From an archaeon CG10_big_fil_rev_8_21_14_0_10_43_11 (lineage in GTDB: Archaea; Nanobdellota; Nanobdellia; PEZQ01): a stretch of DNA of 64,000 nt. The position numbers were made by a program, and so were the translations under genes. The DNA is taken from assembly GCA_002763265.1 (NCBI GenBank), contig PEZQ01000007.1, positions 63,368-127,367 of the forward strand, read 5' to 3'. Positions 1-9,373 of this stretch are shown in pieces; the stretch's first letter is position 1; every line of letters begins with the position of its first letter. Below the pieces are notes generated by a model. It did not search any database. It was not told the origin of the DNA and worked only from the letters and a program-made list of their open reading frames with translations.

Positions 1-1278
1 GTAATAGCGAAGCGCGCCAAGACCAATCTTTTCTGAGAGCACGCTCATTTGTTTTTTTGTGATGCCTTTGCGCTTTTCAAGCTCGACTTGCGCTTTTTTT
101 GCAAGCTCGTCAAGCAAGTCGTCTGCGTCCACAGTTGTTCCTTCACGTGATTTAATCCTGCCCGTTGGCAGGCCAATCATGCCGTAGCTTAAGTGGCGCA
201 CTCCTTTTGCTGCTTTGAGTTTGAGCATGTTGAGAATTTCAAACAAAACCTTGAAATGGTAATCCTGTTCATTTGCAACCACATACAGCGACTGGTCATA
301 ATGAAAGTCAGCATATTTTTGCTTTGCTAAATACAGGTCTTGTGTGATGTACACGCTTGTGCCATCTGCGCGCAACAACACTTTTTCGCCCAATGGTTTT
401 CCAAGGTCAATTATTACTGCACCATCCTCACGCTTTTTGAACACGCCTTTTTTGACCCCATCAAGAACGAGTTTTTTTCCACGTTCGTAGATATCGCTTT
501 CAAAATATTCTTTGTCAAACTTCAAGCCAAAGCGTTTGTATGTTTCATAAAATCCGTCAAGCGCCCACGCATTCATTTTCTTCCACAACGCGCGAACCTC
601 AGGGTCATTGTTTTCCCATTTGACAAGCATGTCTTGAGCTTCTTTTTGCAGTTCTTCATGTTCTTTTGCTTTTTGTGAAAACAAGACGTAATAATCGCCA
701 ACAAAGTGGTCTGACTTCTTATCCGGCTTCTTATTCTTGCCCCACAACTGGTAGGCAAGCATTGATTTGCAAATGTGAATGCCCCGGTCATTATTCAAAT
801 TCACCGGTTTGACGCGATAACCCTGGCTTTCAAGAATGCGGGAAACTGATTCGCTTAAGACCATGTTTCGCACGTGGCCAATGTGGAGTGGCTTATTTGT
901 GTTTGGCGAGGGCGACTCAAGAACAACCACTTTTTTGTTTGGTTTTTTAAACCCGAATCTTGATTTCTCTTTTGAAATGCAGGACAATACTTGTTTTGAA
1001 AATTCTGCTTTGTCAAAAAACAAATTCACATACGGGCCTTGGGGCTTTGCATCAATAAACAATGCACTCTTTGACACGTCAAGAGTATGAATAATGTCCA
1101 TTGCAATTTGCATAGGGCTTTTTTTGCGCTCTTTTGCTAAACTAAAACACGGAAATGCGATATTTCCAAGAGACTGGTCTGGTGGCGTTTCGAGCAGTGC
1201 AAAAACCTCTTTTGTTTTTAGACCAGTAGGTTTTGCTAAGAGCTTTGTAGCCTCATTAAAACCAAATTCCACACTCAT
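1..1278 (-). CDS. argS: Arginyl-tRNA synthetase (ArgRS), 3' end truncated by window edge
   Basis: Minus-strand translation from ATG at 1278 gives MSVEFGFNEATKLLAKP...; class I HIGH motif PLHIGHVRN verified at about 900-874; C-terminal anticodon-binding region ...KIGLGALRYY runs off position 1. Absent from ORF track because no stop lies in the window. Confidence 0.85.
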   Translation of the reverse strand, partial: MSVEFGFNEATKLLAKPTGLKTKEVFALLETPPDQSLGNIAFPCFSLAKERKKSPMQIAMDIIHTLDVSKSALFIDAKPQGPYVNLFFDKAEFSKQVLSCISKEKSRFGFKKPNKKVVVLESPSPNTNKPLHIGHVRNMVLSESVSRILESQGYRVKPVNLNNDRGIHICKSMLAYQLWGKNKKPDKKSDHFVGDYYVLFSQKAKEHEELQKEAQDMLVKWENNDPEVRALWKKMNAWALDGFYETYKRFGLKFDKEYFESDIYERGKKLVLDGVKKGVFKKREDGAVIIDLGKPLGEKVLLRADGTSVYITQDLYLAKQKYADFHYDQSLYVVANEQDYHFKVLFEILNMLKLKAAKGVRHLSYGMIGLPTGRIKSREGTTVDADDLLDELAKKAQVELEKRKGITKKQMSVLSEKIGLGALRYY

Positions 1279-1306
1279 ACTAAGACAGTCCCTCCCTTTA
1301 AATGAG

Positions 1307-1381
1307 TGGGCGTGGAGGGATTTGAACCCCCGATCCCCTGGTTAGAAGCCAGGTGCCTTATCCAGACTAGGCCACACGCCC
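1307..1381 (-). tRNA. tRNA-Arg (anticodon UCU)
   Basis: Minus-strand sequence GGGCGTGTGGCCTAGTCTGGATAAGGCACCTGGCTTCTAACCAGGGGATCGGGGGTTCAAATCCCTCCACGCCCA folds as a cloverleaf: 7-bp acceptor stem, anticodon stem CCTGG/CCAGG, loop CTTCTAA with anticodon TCT, T-loop TTCAAAT. CCA not encoded. Confidence 0.85.
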
Positions 1382-1500
1382 GTTTAGTATGAGTGCAACT
1401 AAAAAAGTCAGAAGTACTGGCGGTTTCTGGGACACTCACCATACATAACAACAGTTACACCCTTAAATGCCTTAAAAAAGTTTCCACCACCCCAAAAATC

Positions 1501-3126
1501 CTACTTGCGGTAAGGTGAGCTAAAACTCTTATTGCGGTAGAGAAGGTAGCCAACAATTCCTGCTGCTCCGACAAAAATGAAGATGATAAGCGCAGAGACA
1601 AGGGTAATTACCGACTCTTTTTGTGCTAGCGCGCACCCGCTTGTTGTGCATGATGTTTCACATACTTCAACAACAACCCAGGCAAGGCCATCACTTGAAC
1701 AGCGTTCAAGCACGTTGTCAGAACAGCGTGGCTGATTTGGCGTGCAGGCTAAACTCGCTTCTTCAATGAGCGCGTCAGCAAACAATTCTGAGGAAAACCC
1801 GTTTACAAGCGTGTTAAGCACGCTTGAAGAATTAGATATTTCGCGCGAAACCGTGTAGTTTACCACAAACTCGTCACCAGGCTCAACAGAATCGTAGGTA
1901 ATAAGGTATTCAGGGTCTGCAGTAACCACTTGAATAGAACGCGCGCCACGCGCGCTTACGATAATGCTTCCCGCGTGCTCTGCAAACGTTTTTGGAACGC
2001 GCTCGTAGATGGTGAAGTTTTGAACAGAATGATTTCCCGCATAGCGTATTCGTGTGCTCACTACGGTCCTTCCGGGTTCAGCGCGTGCGCTGCGGTCAAT
2101 ACTTGTTTGTGAAGTGATAAGTTGTGAGAGCTGCAATAAGTTCTGCTGAGCAGGGTCTGCAAGCTTATCTGCTGCAAGCACGTTTTCGAGTGCGCCAAGG
2201 AGTTTTGTGTTATTGATAATGCCCCGCGGTGCGATGGTTCGTTGCGTGCGCGCCATTGATTGAGTAACATTACTTAGTGCTTCCTCTTCTGTTTCATTCG
2301 TTGTGGCTGATTGAGTTTGGTTTGTTTGCGTTTCGTTTATTGTCTGCGTCTGGTTCGTGCTGGATGATGGCGTATCATACGATACTACTGTAGTAGTCGT
2401 GCTTGAAGAAGATGCAGTCACCGTAAGAGACGTGTACTCAACAAGCGTTTGCCCGTTGCCACCCGTAATAGTTGTGCTCACGTTATACGTATTAGCTGAT
2501 GATGCTGAAAGCGAGTAATTAAGGTCAATAACTGAACCCCCCGTAATAGAGCCGCTTACAGAGCCTGACACAAGTGACGCACTCACGCCAGAGGGAGATG
2601 AGGAAACACTTACTGAATAATTTGTTGTTTCTCCCCCCGTGTTGTGAACGCTTACTGCCCAATAGGACGCAGCACTTGCAGTAACACTTGAGGCTGAAAG
2701 CGCTGATGAGGACGCAGCCAGACTCGCAGGAGCAGGAACAATAAGCCCGGTTTGCTGACTGTCTGAAAGGCTTCCGCCCGTACCTGAATCAGTGCCTGAA
2801 AGGCTTGCCGTGATTTGACCGGTGTAATCGCCTGCAAGACTAGCAGAACACGACCAGCTGGCAGAACCAGTGCCTGACGCACTTAATGAAACATCTTGAG
2901 GCGTTGAGGGTGAACATGACACGCCTGAAGGCAGGGTGAGTGATGCTTTAACACTTGACACTTGCGAGCCTGAAGCATATAATGAAATTGTGAAAGAAGA
3001 CGCTTGTGACGCGCTGTCAGGAATACTGATGCTCGTAATTGAAAGCGAACCTGCTGCGTGCGCGGGAAGCGCAAACACACTAAACGCTACAAAAAGGGCT
3101 GCAATCAGTAATGCGTTTCGTTTCAT
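1501..3126 (-). CDS. Ser/Thr-rich secreted cell-surface protein with C-terminal Cys cluster and single TM anchor
   Basis: 541-aa ORF; N-terminal signal peptide MKRNALLIAALFVAFSVFALPAHA; very high Ser/Thr content; C-terminal CTPNQPRCSDNVLERCSS...CETSCTTSGCA followed by TM helix and YRNK tail. Start abuts the stop of the upstream 1732-aa gene. Confidence 0.6.
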   Translation of the reverse strand: MKRNALLIAALFVAFSVFALPAHAAGSLSITSISIPDSASQASSFTISLYASGSQVSSVKASLTLPSGVSCSPSTPQDVSLSASGTGSASWSCSASLAGDYTGQITASLSGTDSGTGGSLSDSQQTGLIVPAPASLAASSSALSASSVTASAASYWAVSVHNTGGETTNYSVSVSSSPSGVSASLVSGSVSGSITGGSVIDLNYSLSASSANTYNVSTTITGGNGQTLVEYTSLTVTASSSSTTTTVVSYDTPSSSTNQTQTINETQTNQTQSATTNETEEEALSNVTQSMARTQRTIAPRGIINNTKLLGALENVLAADKLADPAQQNLLQLSQLITSQTSIDRSARAEPGRTVVSTRIRYAGNHSVQNFTIYERVPKTFAEHAGSIIVSARGARSIQVVTADPEYLITYDSVEPGDEFVVNYTVSREISNSSSVLNTLVNGFSSELFADALIEEASLACTPNQPRCSDNVLERCSSDGLAWVVVEVCETSCTTSGCALAQKESVITLVSALIIFIFVGAAGIVGYLLYRNKSFSSPYRK

Positions 3127-6100
3127 TTATGACACCGAAAATATGTTTGTTGCAACTGCAGTTGCTGAAGATATGTCAAGGCGGACAAAGTAATTACCAC
3201 TCATCGTATTCGTGCTGTTGAGCACGCCATAATAATTACTGCCTGATACTTGGTTGAGCGGAGTTGAAAACGAGGTGGTCTCGTTTGATGTTGCATTAAA
3301 CGTAATGGTAGTTGCCGTTGCATTTGCTTCATTAGTCAAAAGATACACGTCTTCGTTACTTGCAAAGCGTGTCGCGTTAGTTGACACACTTGAACCTGTC
3401 CAGATAATTGGAACTGACCCTGACGCAGGCGCAACGCTTACAACTTTTGTCTCGCTTCCCACACCAGGAACAAACGCTTTGAACACGTACAAGCCAGGAC
3501 TTGCAAGGGTGATATTAACAGGCGTGACTTGTGAAATGCCGCCACTCAAAACCACACTTCCATTATCATAAGCAAGGTTTTTTGCTGCAGGCGAGAACAC
3601 AGTAAGATTTGCTGTCGTGCTCGCGCTTGAACTGAGATTTGCAAGGAAACTTTCTCCTGCAACAATTGATGGAACGGAGAGATTGATTTGGGCGCCTGCA
3701 CTCTTTATGCTAATAAACGCAAAGCCAAAACCAACTGACTGGTTTACAAACATGCGCACACCAACAGGGTAGTCGCCAAGAACGCTTGTTTCATTAGGAA
3801 TTGAAATATTTATTATGTATGGCTGGCTTCTACCTGTAGTATTAAATGCCTGTTTGATTTCTCCTTTTGGCGTGAAAATTGAAATTGAACTGCTTGAAGC
3901 ATTAACCTCGCCACCAAGGGTTACATTAATGACCTGCACATTAAGCGTAATGTTCTCGCCTGGCGCGTACTGAGGTTTTGATGAATTAACCACCACTTTT
4001 AAGCGGCTGACTGCAAATCCTGAGTAGAATTGCACACTTGGACTGTTCGTAAGAAAGGCATGGATGAAATAATCGCCGTCAGTGTTGTTTGCAGTTATGT
4101 TGTATGTTATTTTTGCAACACCTGACGCGCCAGTTATTGCCGTTCCAACCGTGGTTGGCTTAAGCGTTTTTGAACCGATTTCAAATGTCACGTTCTTTCC
4201 AGCAATAGCAGTGTTATTCGAGAATGATACGAGTGCACTAAACGTAGCAACATCACCGGGACGGTATGGGTTTTGGAAAGGCTTGTCTGATTTTGCATCA
4301 ATGTTGAGTGCAGTGCCACCGGTAACAACAAAGTGTACTGGCGGCGCAAACCCGCGCTCGCCGCTTGGCGTTGTCACACTCACTTCAAGGTCGTAGCTGT
4401 GTGTTGGCGCGTCTTGCGGGATTGGAAAGCTGATTGTTGCGTTTCCGTCAGTTGTCGTGTTTGATGGAAGCTCAATGCGGTTTCCAAACGCCCAGATAAT
4501 ACCATCAACAACAGAATCGTCTGGCACGTTTCCACTGTTTGACGCATTAATAAAGAGCGTTACAAAAGAGCCCGGTGTTGCGTTGTATGACGTGACTTCG
4601 CTTCCCGCAGTAGCGTTAAGCAAGCTCACTTTAAGCGAAGATACCTGCAATCCAATGAATTGTGATTGACCGCCAACAACGATTCGCACGTAGTTGAAAC
4701 CGGGTTTTGACGCGTTCAAAAGCACGCTTGCCCGACCGGCTTCGTTTGTAGTGCTCACATTCGCGCTTACGTTAATATCATTTGGCGGTTGGGCTTTAAA
4801 GAGCGTTGCTGCAACGGCAGTTGCGTCAATAGCGGTGCCGTTTGGATAACTTACACTAATCGTGACATTCACGTGTTCGTTGGTATCATAACTGAATTTG
4901 TCTGTTTGCGCGTGTATGATGTACGCGTTCACGTCAAAGCCGGTGAAGAATTTTTGAGAATTTGCATTTGCATCAGTAACCGTAAGCTTAACATCGTGAT
5001 GGCCTACCGCATGACTGCTCAAATTAACGTGCCAAAAACCGCCATCAACTTGTTCGCCAGCAAATGAAACTGAATCGTTTCCGTCAACAACGGCGCTTAT
5101 CGAACTTATTGACACGTCAGGCGGGAAGAACATGTTAATGAACACGTCATCAGTAGCTTCGTACACAGGACGATCAGGGTGGACAAAAGAATCAAGACCG
5201 CGAATATCAAAGCCATAGAATGTTTCAATCCGCACCACGTCAGTTCCTGTATCACGCGAGATTTTGAGTTGCACGTTATGGAAGCCAAAACTCCACTGCC
5301 CGTTCGTGCCAAGACTTGCTGGGTCAAGTGAAATACTTGTTTTTCCATCACTGCCCGTGAGATTAATAATTGGCGTATTACTATTATCAACTACTGCCTC
5401 AACAGTTGCATTCACAAGCGGGTCGTTGTCTGCAGCGTTCAATACTTCAACATTCAGCTTGACTATGTCTTCTGGTTTGTATTTTTGGCGTTCTGATTCA
5501 ACTTTGATGTTAAGATTGCTGACTTGAATCCACCGGTTTGAAACACCATACCGTCCGTCTGCTTCAATTTTCACGGTAAGTTCGTAGAAACCCACTGAGG
5601 AAGGCATAGTGAGGTTAAGTGTTCCTTCACCATCAGCAATGCCTGAAGACGCGTTTACGATGCTCACTGCGTTGCCGTTTGCGTCATGCATTTCAACAAT
5701 GATGGCTGACGTGTTTTGCGCAACAGGTCCTGTTGCGTTGAACGCGAATATTTTTGCCGAAACGCTTTGTCCCGTGCCAAAACTAAAGCCCGGTAGGTCA
5801 AGACCAAGCACGAAGTCAAAAAGATTGATAGGAAAAATCGTGGTTGAAGAGAACGTCACGCCGTCAGTACTGTTTGTTGCATTAAGCAGCAACCAGTACT
5901 TGTCACCAATAAGACCGAGTTCGCTTGCGTTAAGGGTTGCATTAAAACTGTTTGCCCCCGGACCGGTTGGGTCAAAGGTGAAATTGATTGGGCTGTCTGT
6001 TGCAGAAGATTTGTTGACAAAAAGTATGTGGCCGGTGAGGTTAACAAAGGTGCTGTTTAATGGTCCGGTGCTGCCCATAACTGATGCAAAGAGTGTATTA

Positions 6101-8325
6101 TTGTCTGAGAGCGTCATTGAGTCAGGAAACATTGGCTGCACCTGCCACGCGTTTCCTCTTCGCAGGTTAACATTTGTTGTTGCTCCTGCAGTAATTGTAA
6201 ATGCTGTGCTGTTATACACACCAAGAAAACGACTCATTTCAAAGCGAGGCGCGAGCTCAATTGTGTAGGAGCCTGCTGGAAGCGGGATGCTGATATTTAG
6301 GTCAGGATTTTGGCCAAAACCAAGAATGTCTTGGAGTATTGTGCCATCAGGGTTGAGGTAGTAGATAGTTTTCCCGTTTACTGAATTTCTAATGACAATG
6401 TTTGTTTCAAACCAGAAATTGAACTGCGAAATGAGTTGCGGACTTCCCCCGGTTGGATTAAAAATATTTTGAAAATCAGTAACTGAAAGATTAAGTGAGC
6501 CCGGCTCTGAAAGATTGCAGGTGCTTGCTGTTGCACTTCCTTGCATAATTGTTACTTCGCTTTGACACACACCAATTGCAGGACTACTCCCCCCTGGCCC
6601 GCCGCCAAACGTGGAATTTTTTCCAAGCAAGTTGAAAAACACATCATCATTAGACACGGGTGCAAGCAGTGAGAGAATCAGGTTTTGCGGCAGCGACACA
6701 CCAGTAAAAATTGAAAGCATGTTGATTTTTCCTGCAACTGCGCTTCTCAAAAGACCGATACCATTTGTAACCACTTTACTTAACTCGCTTAACACAAGAG
6801 CCGCGCTGTTGAGCGTTACATTAATGTCAACGCGACCACCATCCTCGAGTTGAAGGGGTGAGAGAATTACTGTTGCGCTTTGCGCGAAGTAACCGCGGTT
6901 TCCATTTGTTTCCACCGTAGGGAAGTATATTGGCACGCCATCAGTAGTTTCATTGCTGATAATATAAAACTGGTAGATAGGGTATGGATAGGAACCAAAA
7001 TCATCTGAAATCATTTGCGTTGTTGGCACGCTTAAACTAAATCTTCCGTTTGCGTCAGTAACGGTTGAATTAATAAACGAGATACCAAAACCACCACCCC
7101 CTCCCTGATAGAGTTGGGCATAAACAATCGCGTTAGGAACGGCATTTTTTGTGCTGTTTATGACTTTGCCAATAAACGCGGTGTAATTAGTAGTAGTGTT
7201 CACAACAGTGATATCCGCGCCAGTCATGCCAGTTGACGGTGTCATGAACGGATACGAACGCAAGCCGACTCCTGACACGTTTGCTTGGATATTATAGAAG
7301 TGATTGTTTGCAATAAAAAAAGGAAAACCTCCTTTTGGTCCATCACCGCCGCCTTGCGGGGGTACGGAGTGGTAGACAAGTGCGTCGGTTTCATAATCGG
7401 TTAAGTTAAGTTCTGCAATGTTTGGCTGTGAGGGCATGCCTGGTGAAGTGCTGTACAATTGGGGCGAGACAAAACCCACTGCTGCGGGCGTTTGAAGAAT
7501 TACGTTAAGCGCGGTGCCCGGAGTGATATTGACAACCGCGGACGTGTTTGATGTAATAAAATCAAAAGCAAAAATGGATGCGGTCGCGTTTATCTGGCAA
7601 TCACTTGAAGGTCCTTCGCCTTCTGAAGGAAACGGTATGCCCCGCGTTACGCACATGTTATTGGATATGGCGGGTGTTGGGCTGATACAATCACCTGAAT
7701 CAACTTGTCCTAAACAATGAATTGCGTAATACCCTGAGGTATCTGTTGCTGCAGGACCTGACGCGATAAAAGATTTTGTGCCATTATTGTAGGTCATGAG
7801 CAGTGTGTTTTGAATTGGGTTATCATCTTCATCAAGCGCGTGCAACGCAACGTAGTTGATGGTAAACATGCTGCCGTTACAGCCCACGCCTTCGGCGCAT
7901 TCTGCAGCGGTAGTTGCGTAATTTGTTTTGTTAAAAAGCGTGGCATTAATTTGAATCGTACTGTTTGTAAATGGCGCGTTCGTAGCATTTAATACGAGGT
8001 CTACACAACCCCCTCCTGTTTCATTAGTGAGCCCGACTGCGTTGTCGAAGGGAGCACCATTAAGAAGCGTTGCGTTTGTTATGTTAAATTCAGGACTTGA
8101 GAAATTAAAAGGACCCGTGCCATCATACCAGAGGTTGAAATCCTTGACTGTTTGAAGCGTGCCCGCACAAATGGTTATGCTTTGGTTGCCAGCAGTATTG
8201 TACGCGTCAGAAAGACAAAACAGAGTTTGACACGAGTTTTGCAAAACAGCGTAAGACGACGCAGGCAAGAGCAGGATAGGTGCTAAAAACAACAAAACGT
8301 ATACTGCCCCCTTCCCACCCAACAT
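3127..8325 (-). CDS. Giant secreted surface protein (1732 aa), sequon-rich, probable S-layer or adhesin-like glycoprotein
   Basis: Uninterrupted 5.2-kb ORF; signal peptide MLGGKGAVYVLLFLAPILLLPASSYA; many N-x-S/T sequons (NQS, NFS, NIT, NAT, NLT...); no recognisable enzymatic motifs. Confidence 0.6.
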   Translation of the reverse strand: MLGGKGAVYVLLFLAPILLLPASSYAVLQNSCQTLFCLSDAYNTAGNQSITICAGTLQTVKDFNLWYDGTGPFNFSSPEFNITNATLLNGAPFDNAVGLTNETGGGCVDLVLNATNAPFTNSTIQINATLFNKTNYATTAAECAEGVGCNGSMFTINYVALHALDEDDNPIQNTLLMTYNNGTKSFIASGPAATDTSGYYAIHCLGQVDSGDCISPTPAISNNMCVTRGIPFPSEGEGPSSDCQINATASIFAFDFITSNTSAVVNITPGTALNVILQTPAAVGFVSPQLYSTSPGMPSQPNIAELNLTDYETDALVYHSVPPQGGGDGPKGGFPFFIANNHFYNIQANVSGVGLRSYPFMTPSTGMTGADITVVNTTTNYTAFIGKVINSTKNAVPNAIVYAQLYQGGGGGFGISFINSTVTDANGRFSLSVPTTQMISDDFGSYPYPIYQFYIISNETTDGVPIYFPTVETNGNRGYFAQSATVILSPLQLEDGGRVDINVTLNSAALVLSELSKVVTNGIGLLRSAVAGKINMLSIFTGVSLPQNLILSLLAPVSNDDVFFNLLGKNSTFGGGPGGSSPAIGVCQSEVTIMQGSATASTCNLSEPGSLNLSVTDFQNIFNPTGGSPQLISQFNFWFETNIVIRNSVNGKTIYYLNPDGTILQDILGFGQNPDLNISIPLPAGSYTIELAPRFEMSRFLGVYNSTAFTITAGATTNVNLRRGNAWQVQPMFPDSMTLSDNNTLFASVMGSTGPLNSTFVNLTGHILFVNKSSATDSPINFTFDPTGPGANSFNATLNASELGLIGDKYWLLLNATNSTDGVTFSSTTIFPINLFDFVLGLDLPGFSFGTGQSVSAKIFAFNATGPVAQNTSAIIVEMHDANGNAVSIVNASSGIADGEGTLNLTMPSSVGFYELTVKIEADGRYGVSNRWIQVSNLNIKVESERQKYKPEDIVKLNVEVLNAADNDPLVNATVEAVVDNSNTPIINLTGSDGKTSISLDPASLGTNGQWSFGFHNVQLKISRDTGTDVVRIETFYGFDIRGLDSFVHPDRPVYEATDDVFINMFFPPDVSISSISAVVDGNDSVSFAGEQVDGGFWHVNLSSHAVGHHDVKLTVTDANANSQKFFTGFDVNAYIIHAQTDKFSYDTNEHVNVTISVSYPNGTAIDATAVAATLFKAQPPNDINVSANVSTTNEAGRASVLLNASKPGFNYVRIVVGGQSQFIGLQVSSLKVSLLNATAGSEVTSYNATPGSFVTLFINASNSGNVPDDSVVDGIIWAFGNRIELPSNTTTDGNATISFPIPQDAPTHSYDLEVSVTTPSGERGFAPPVHFVVTGGTALNIDAKSDKPFQNPYRPGDVATFSALVSFSNNTAIAGKNVTFEIGSKTLKPTTVGTAITGASGVAKITYNITANNTDGDYFIHAFLTNSPSVQFYSGFAVSRLKVVVNSSKPQYAPGENITLNVQVINVTLGGEVNASSSSISIFTPKGEIKQAFNTTGRSQPYIINISIPNETSVLGDYPVGVRMFVNQSVGFGFAFISIKSAGAQINLSVPSIVAGESFLANLSSSASTTANLTVFSPAAKNLAYDNGSVVLSGGISQVTPVNITLASPGLYVFKAFVPGVGSETKVVSVAPASGSVPIIWTGSSVSTNATRFASNEDVYLLTNEANATATTITFNATSNETTSFSTPLNQVSGSNYYGVLNSTNTMSGNYFVRLDISSATAVATNIFSVS

Positions 8326-8341
8326 TATAACATATTACACT

Positions 8342-8357
8342 GTTAAATATATATAAA
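8342..8357 (-). promoter_or_regulatory. TATA-like promoter element (GTTAAATATATATAAA on + strand) 17 nt upstream of the 1732-aa gene start
   Basis: AT-rich element read on minus strand as TTTATATATATTTAAC; the identical 16-mer recurs at the same spacing upstream of the 544-aa surface protein gene (16795-16810). Confidence 0.5.
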
Positions 8358-8411
8358 CTTGCTTGAAAAAGAGCACAACATTATAATGCATGCACGCGCA
8401 CAAGACACGGT

Positions 8412-9059
8412 ATGGAGCAAGAATTGCGCATCGTTGTTGACCATCGCGAGCTCAAAAGTGGAGTTGTCAAAGAATTGTTTCGAAACAAGGTACATATCAT
8501 AACTGAACAACTCGCGATTGGTGATTTCATTCTTGGCGAGCATGTAGTGTGCGAGCGAAAAGGCGTGGAAGATTTTGTAAACAGCCTACTTGACGGAAGA
8601 CTCTTCAAACAAGTCAAACAGCTTAAAGACGCGTACAAAAAACCGTTTCTTATTATTGAAGGCACGCGAGACATGTACTCGGTTCGAAACGTGCACGCAA
8701 ATGCAATACGCGGGGCAATGGCAAGCCTTGCTCTTGACTTCTCATTACCCATTATTTTTACAAAAGATGAAAAAGATACGGCTCACTTTTTTATCACCAT
8801 TCTCAAGCGCGAAAAAACTGACACGCAGGCAAACCTGCGTGCAGCACCAAAACCTTTAACGGACGTTGAATTGATGGAATACATCGTGTCCTCGTTTCCG
8901 GGAGTGGGAAGACGAACTGCGCAAAATATTCTCTTACAATTCAAAACCATTCATTCATTTGTCACAAGCGAACATGAACAGCTTACAAGCGTTGAGGGTG
9001 TGGGAAAAATCACGGCAGAACGCATTAAAGACATTATACAAAAGAGGTATAAACAATAA
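8412..9059 (+). CDS. XPF/Hef-type structure-specific nuclease (ERCC4 nuclease domain plus C-terminal HhH2)
   Basis: 215 aa; ERCC4 signature VVDHRE...GDFILGEHVVCERKGVEDFVNSLLDGRLFKQ (GDF...ERK...D); C-terminal helix-hairpin-helix FPGVGRRTAQNIL...VEGVGKITAERI. Confidence 0.75.
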   Translation: MEQELRIVVDHRELKSGVVKELFRNKVHIITEQLAIGDFILGEHVVCERKGVEDFVNSLLDGRLFKQVKQLKDAYKKPFLIIEGTRDMYSVRNVHANAIRGAMASLALDFSLPIIFTKDEKDTAHFFITILKREKTDTQANLRAAPKPLTDVELMEYIVSSFPGVGRRTAQNILLQFKTIHSFVTSEHEQLTSVEGVGKITAERIKDIIQKRYKQ

Positions 9060-9373
9060 AAAAATAGCGGGGGGATAGGAGAAAATGCTCTAAATACACG
9101 ACATCCACACTATATGTGAAACGCTATGAATGTTATCAAAAACAAAAGCATCAGGGCTTGAAAAAGATTGAAAACTATGAAAAAACTTGAACCTAAAGTA
9201 ACCAATCAGGAAAACAGGCACGCCTTTATTACGTATTGGTCTGAATACGTGCGAACGCACCCTGATGGAAAACGCAAAACACTTTCCCTTAACTGCAGAA
9301 CAATATTTAACCCTCAAAAAAGAGCCCTACAGCAAGCGCGCGCAAAGATTAAAGATAGCACCACACCTAAAAA

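Noticed and set aside
340-1345. Three plus-strand ORFs (112, 84, 83 aa) in the first 1.3 kb
   Set aside because: They lie antisense to a continuous, motif-verified ArgRS reading frame on the minus strand and have no recognisable features.
3254-7992. Numerous 60-220-aa ORFs nested within the 1732-aa surface protein gene on either strand
   Set aside because: All are embedded in one long uninterrupted ORF with signal peptide; treated as out-of-frame or antisense artefacts.
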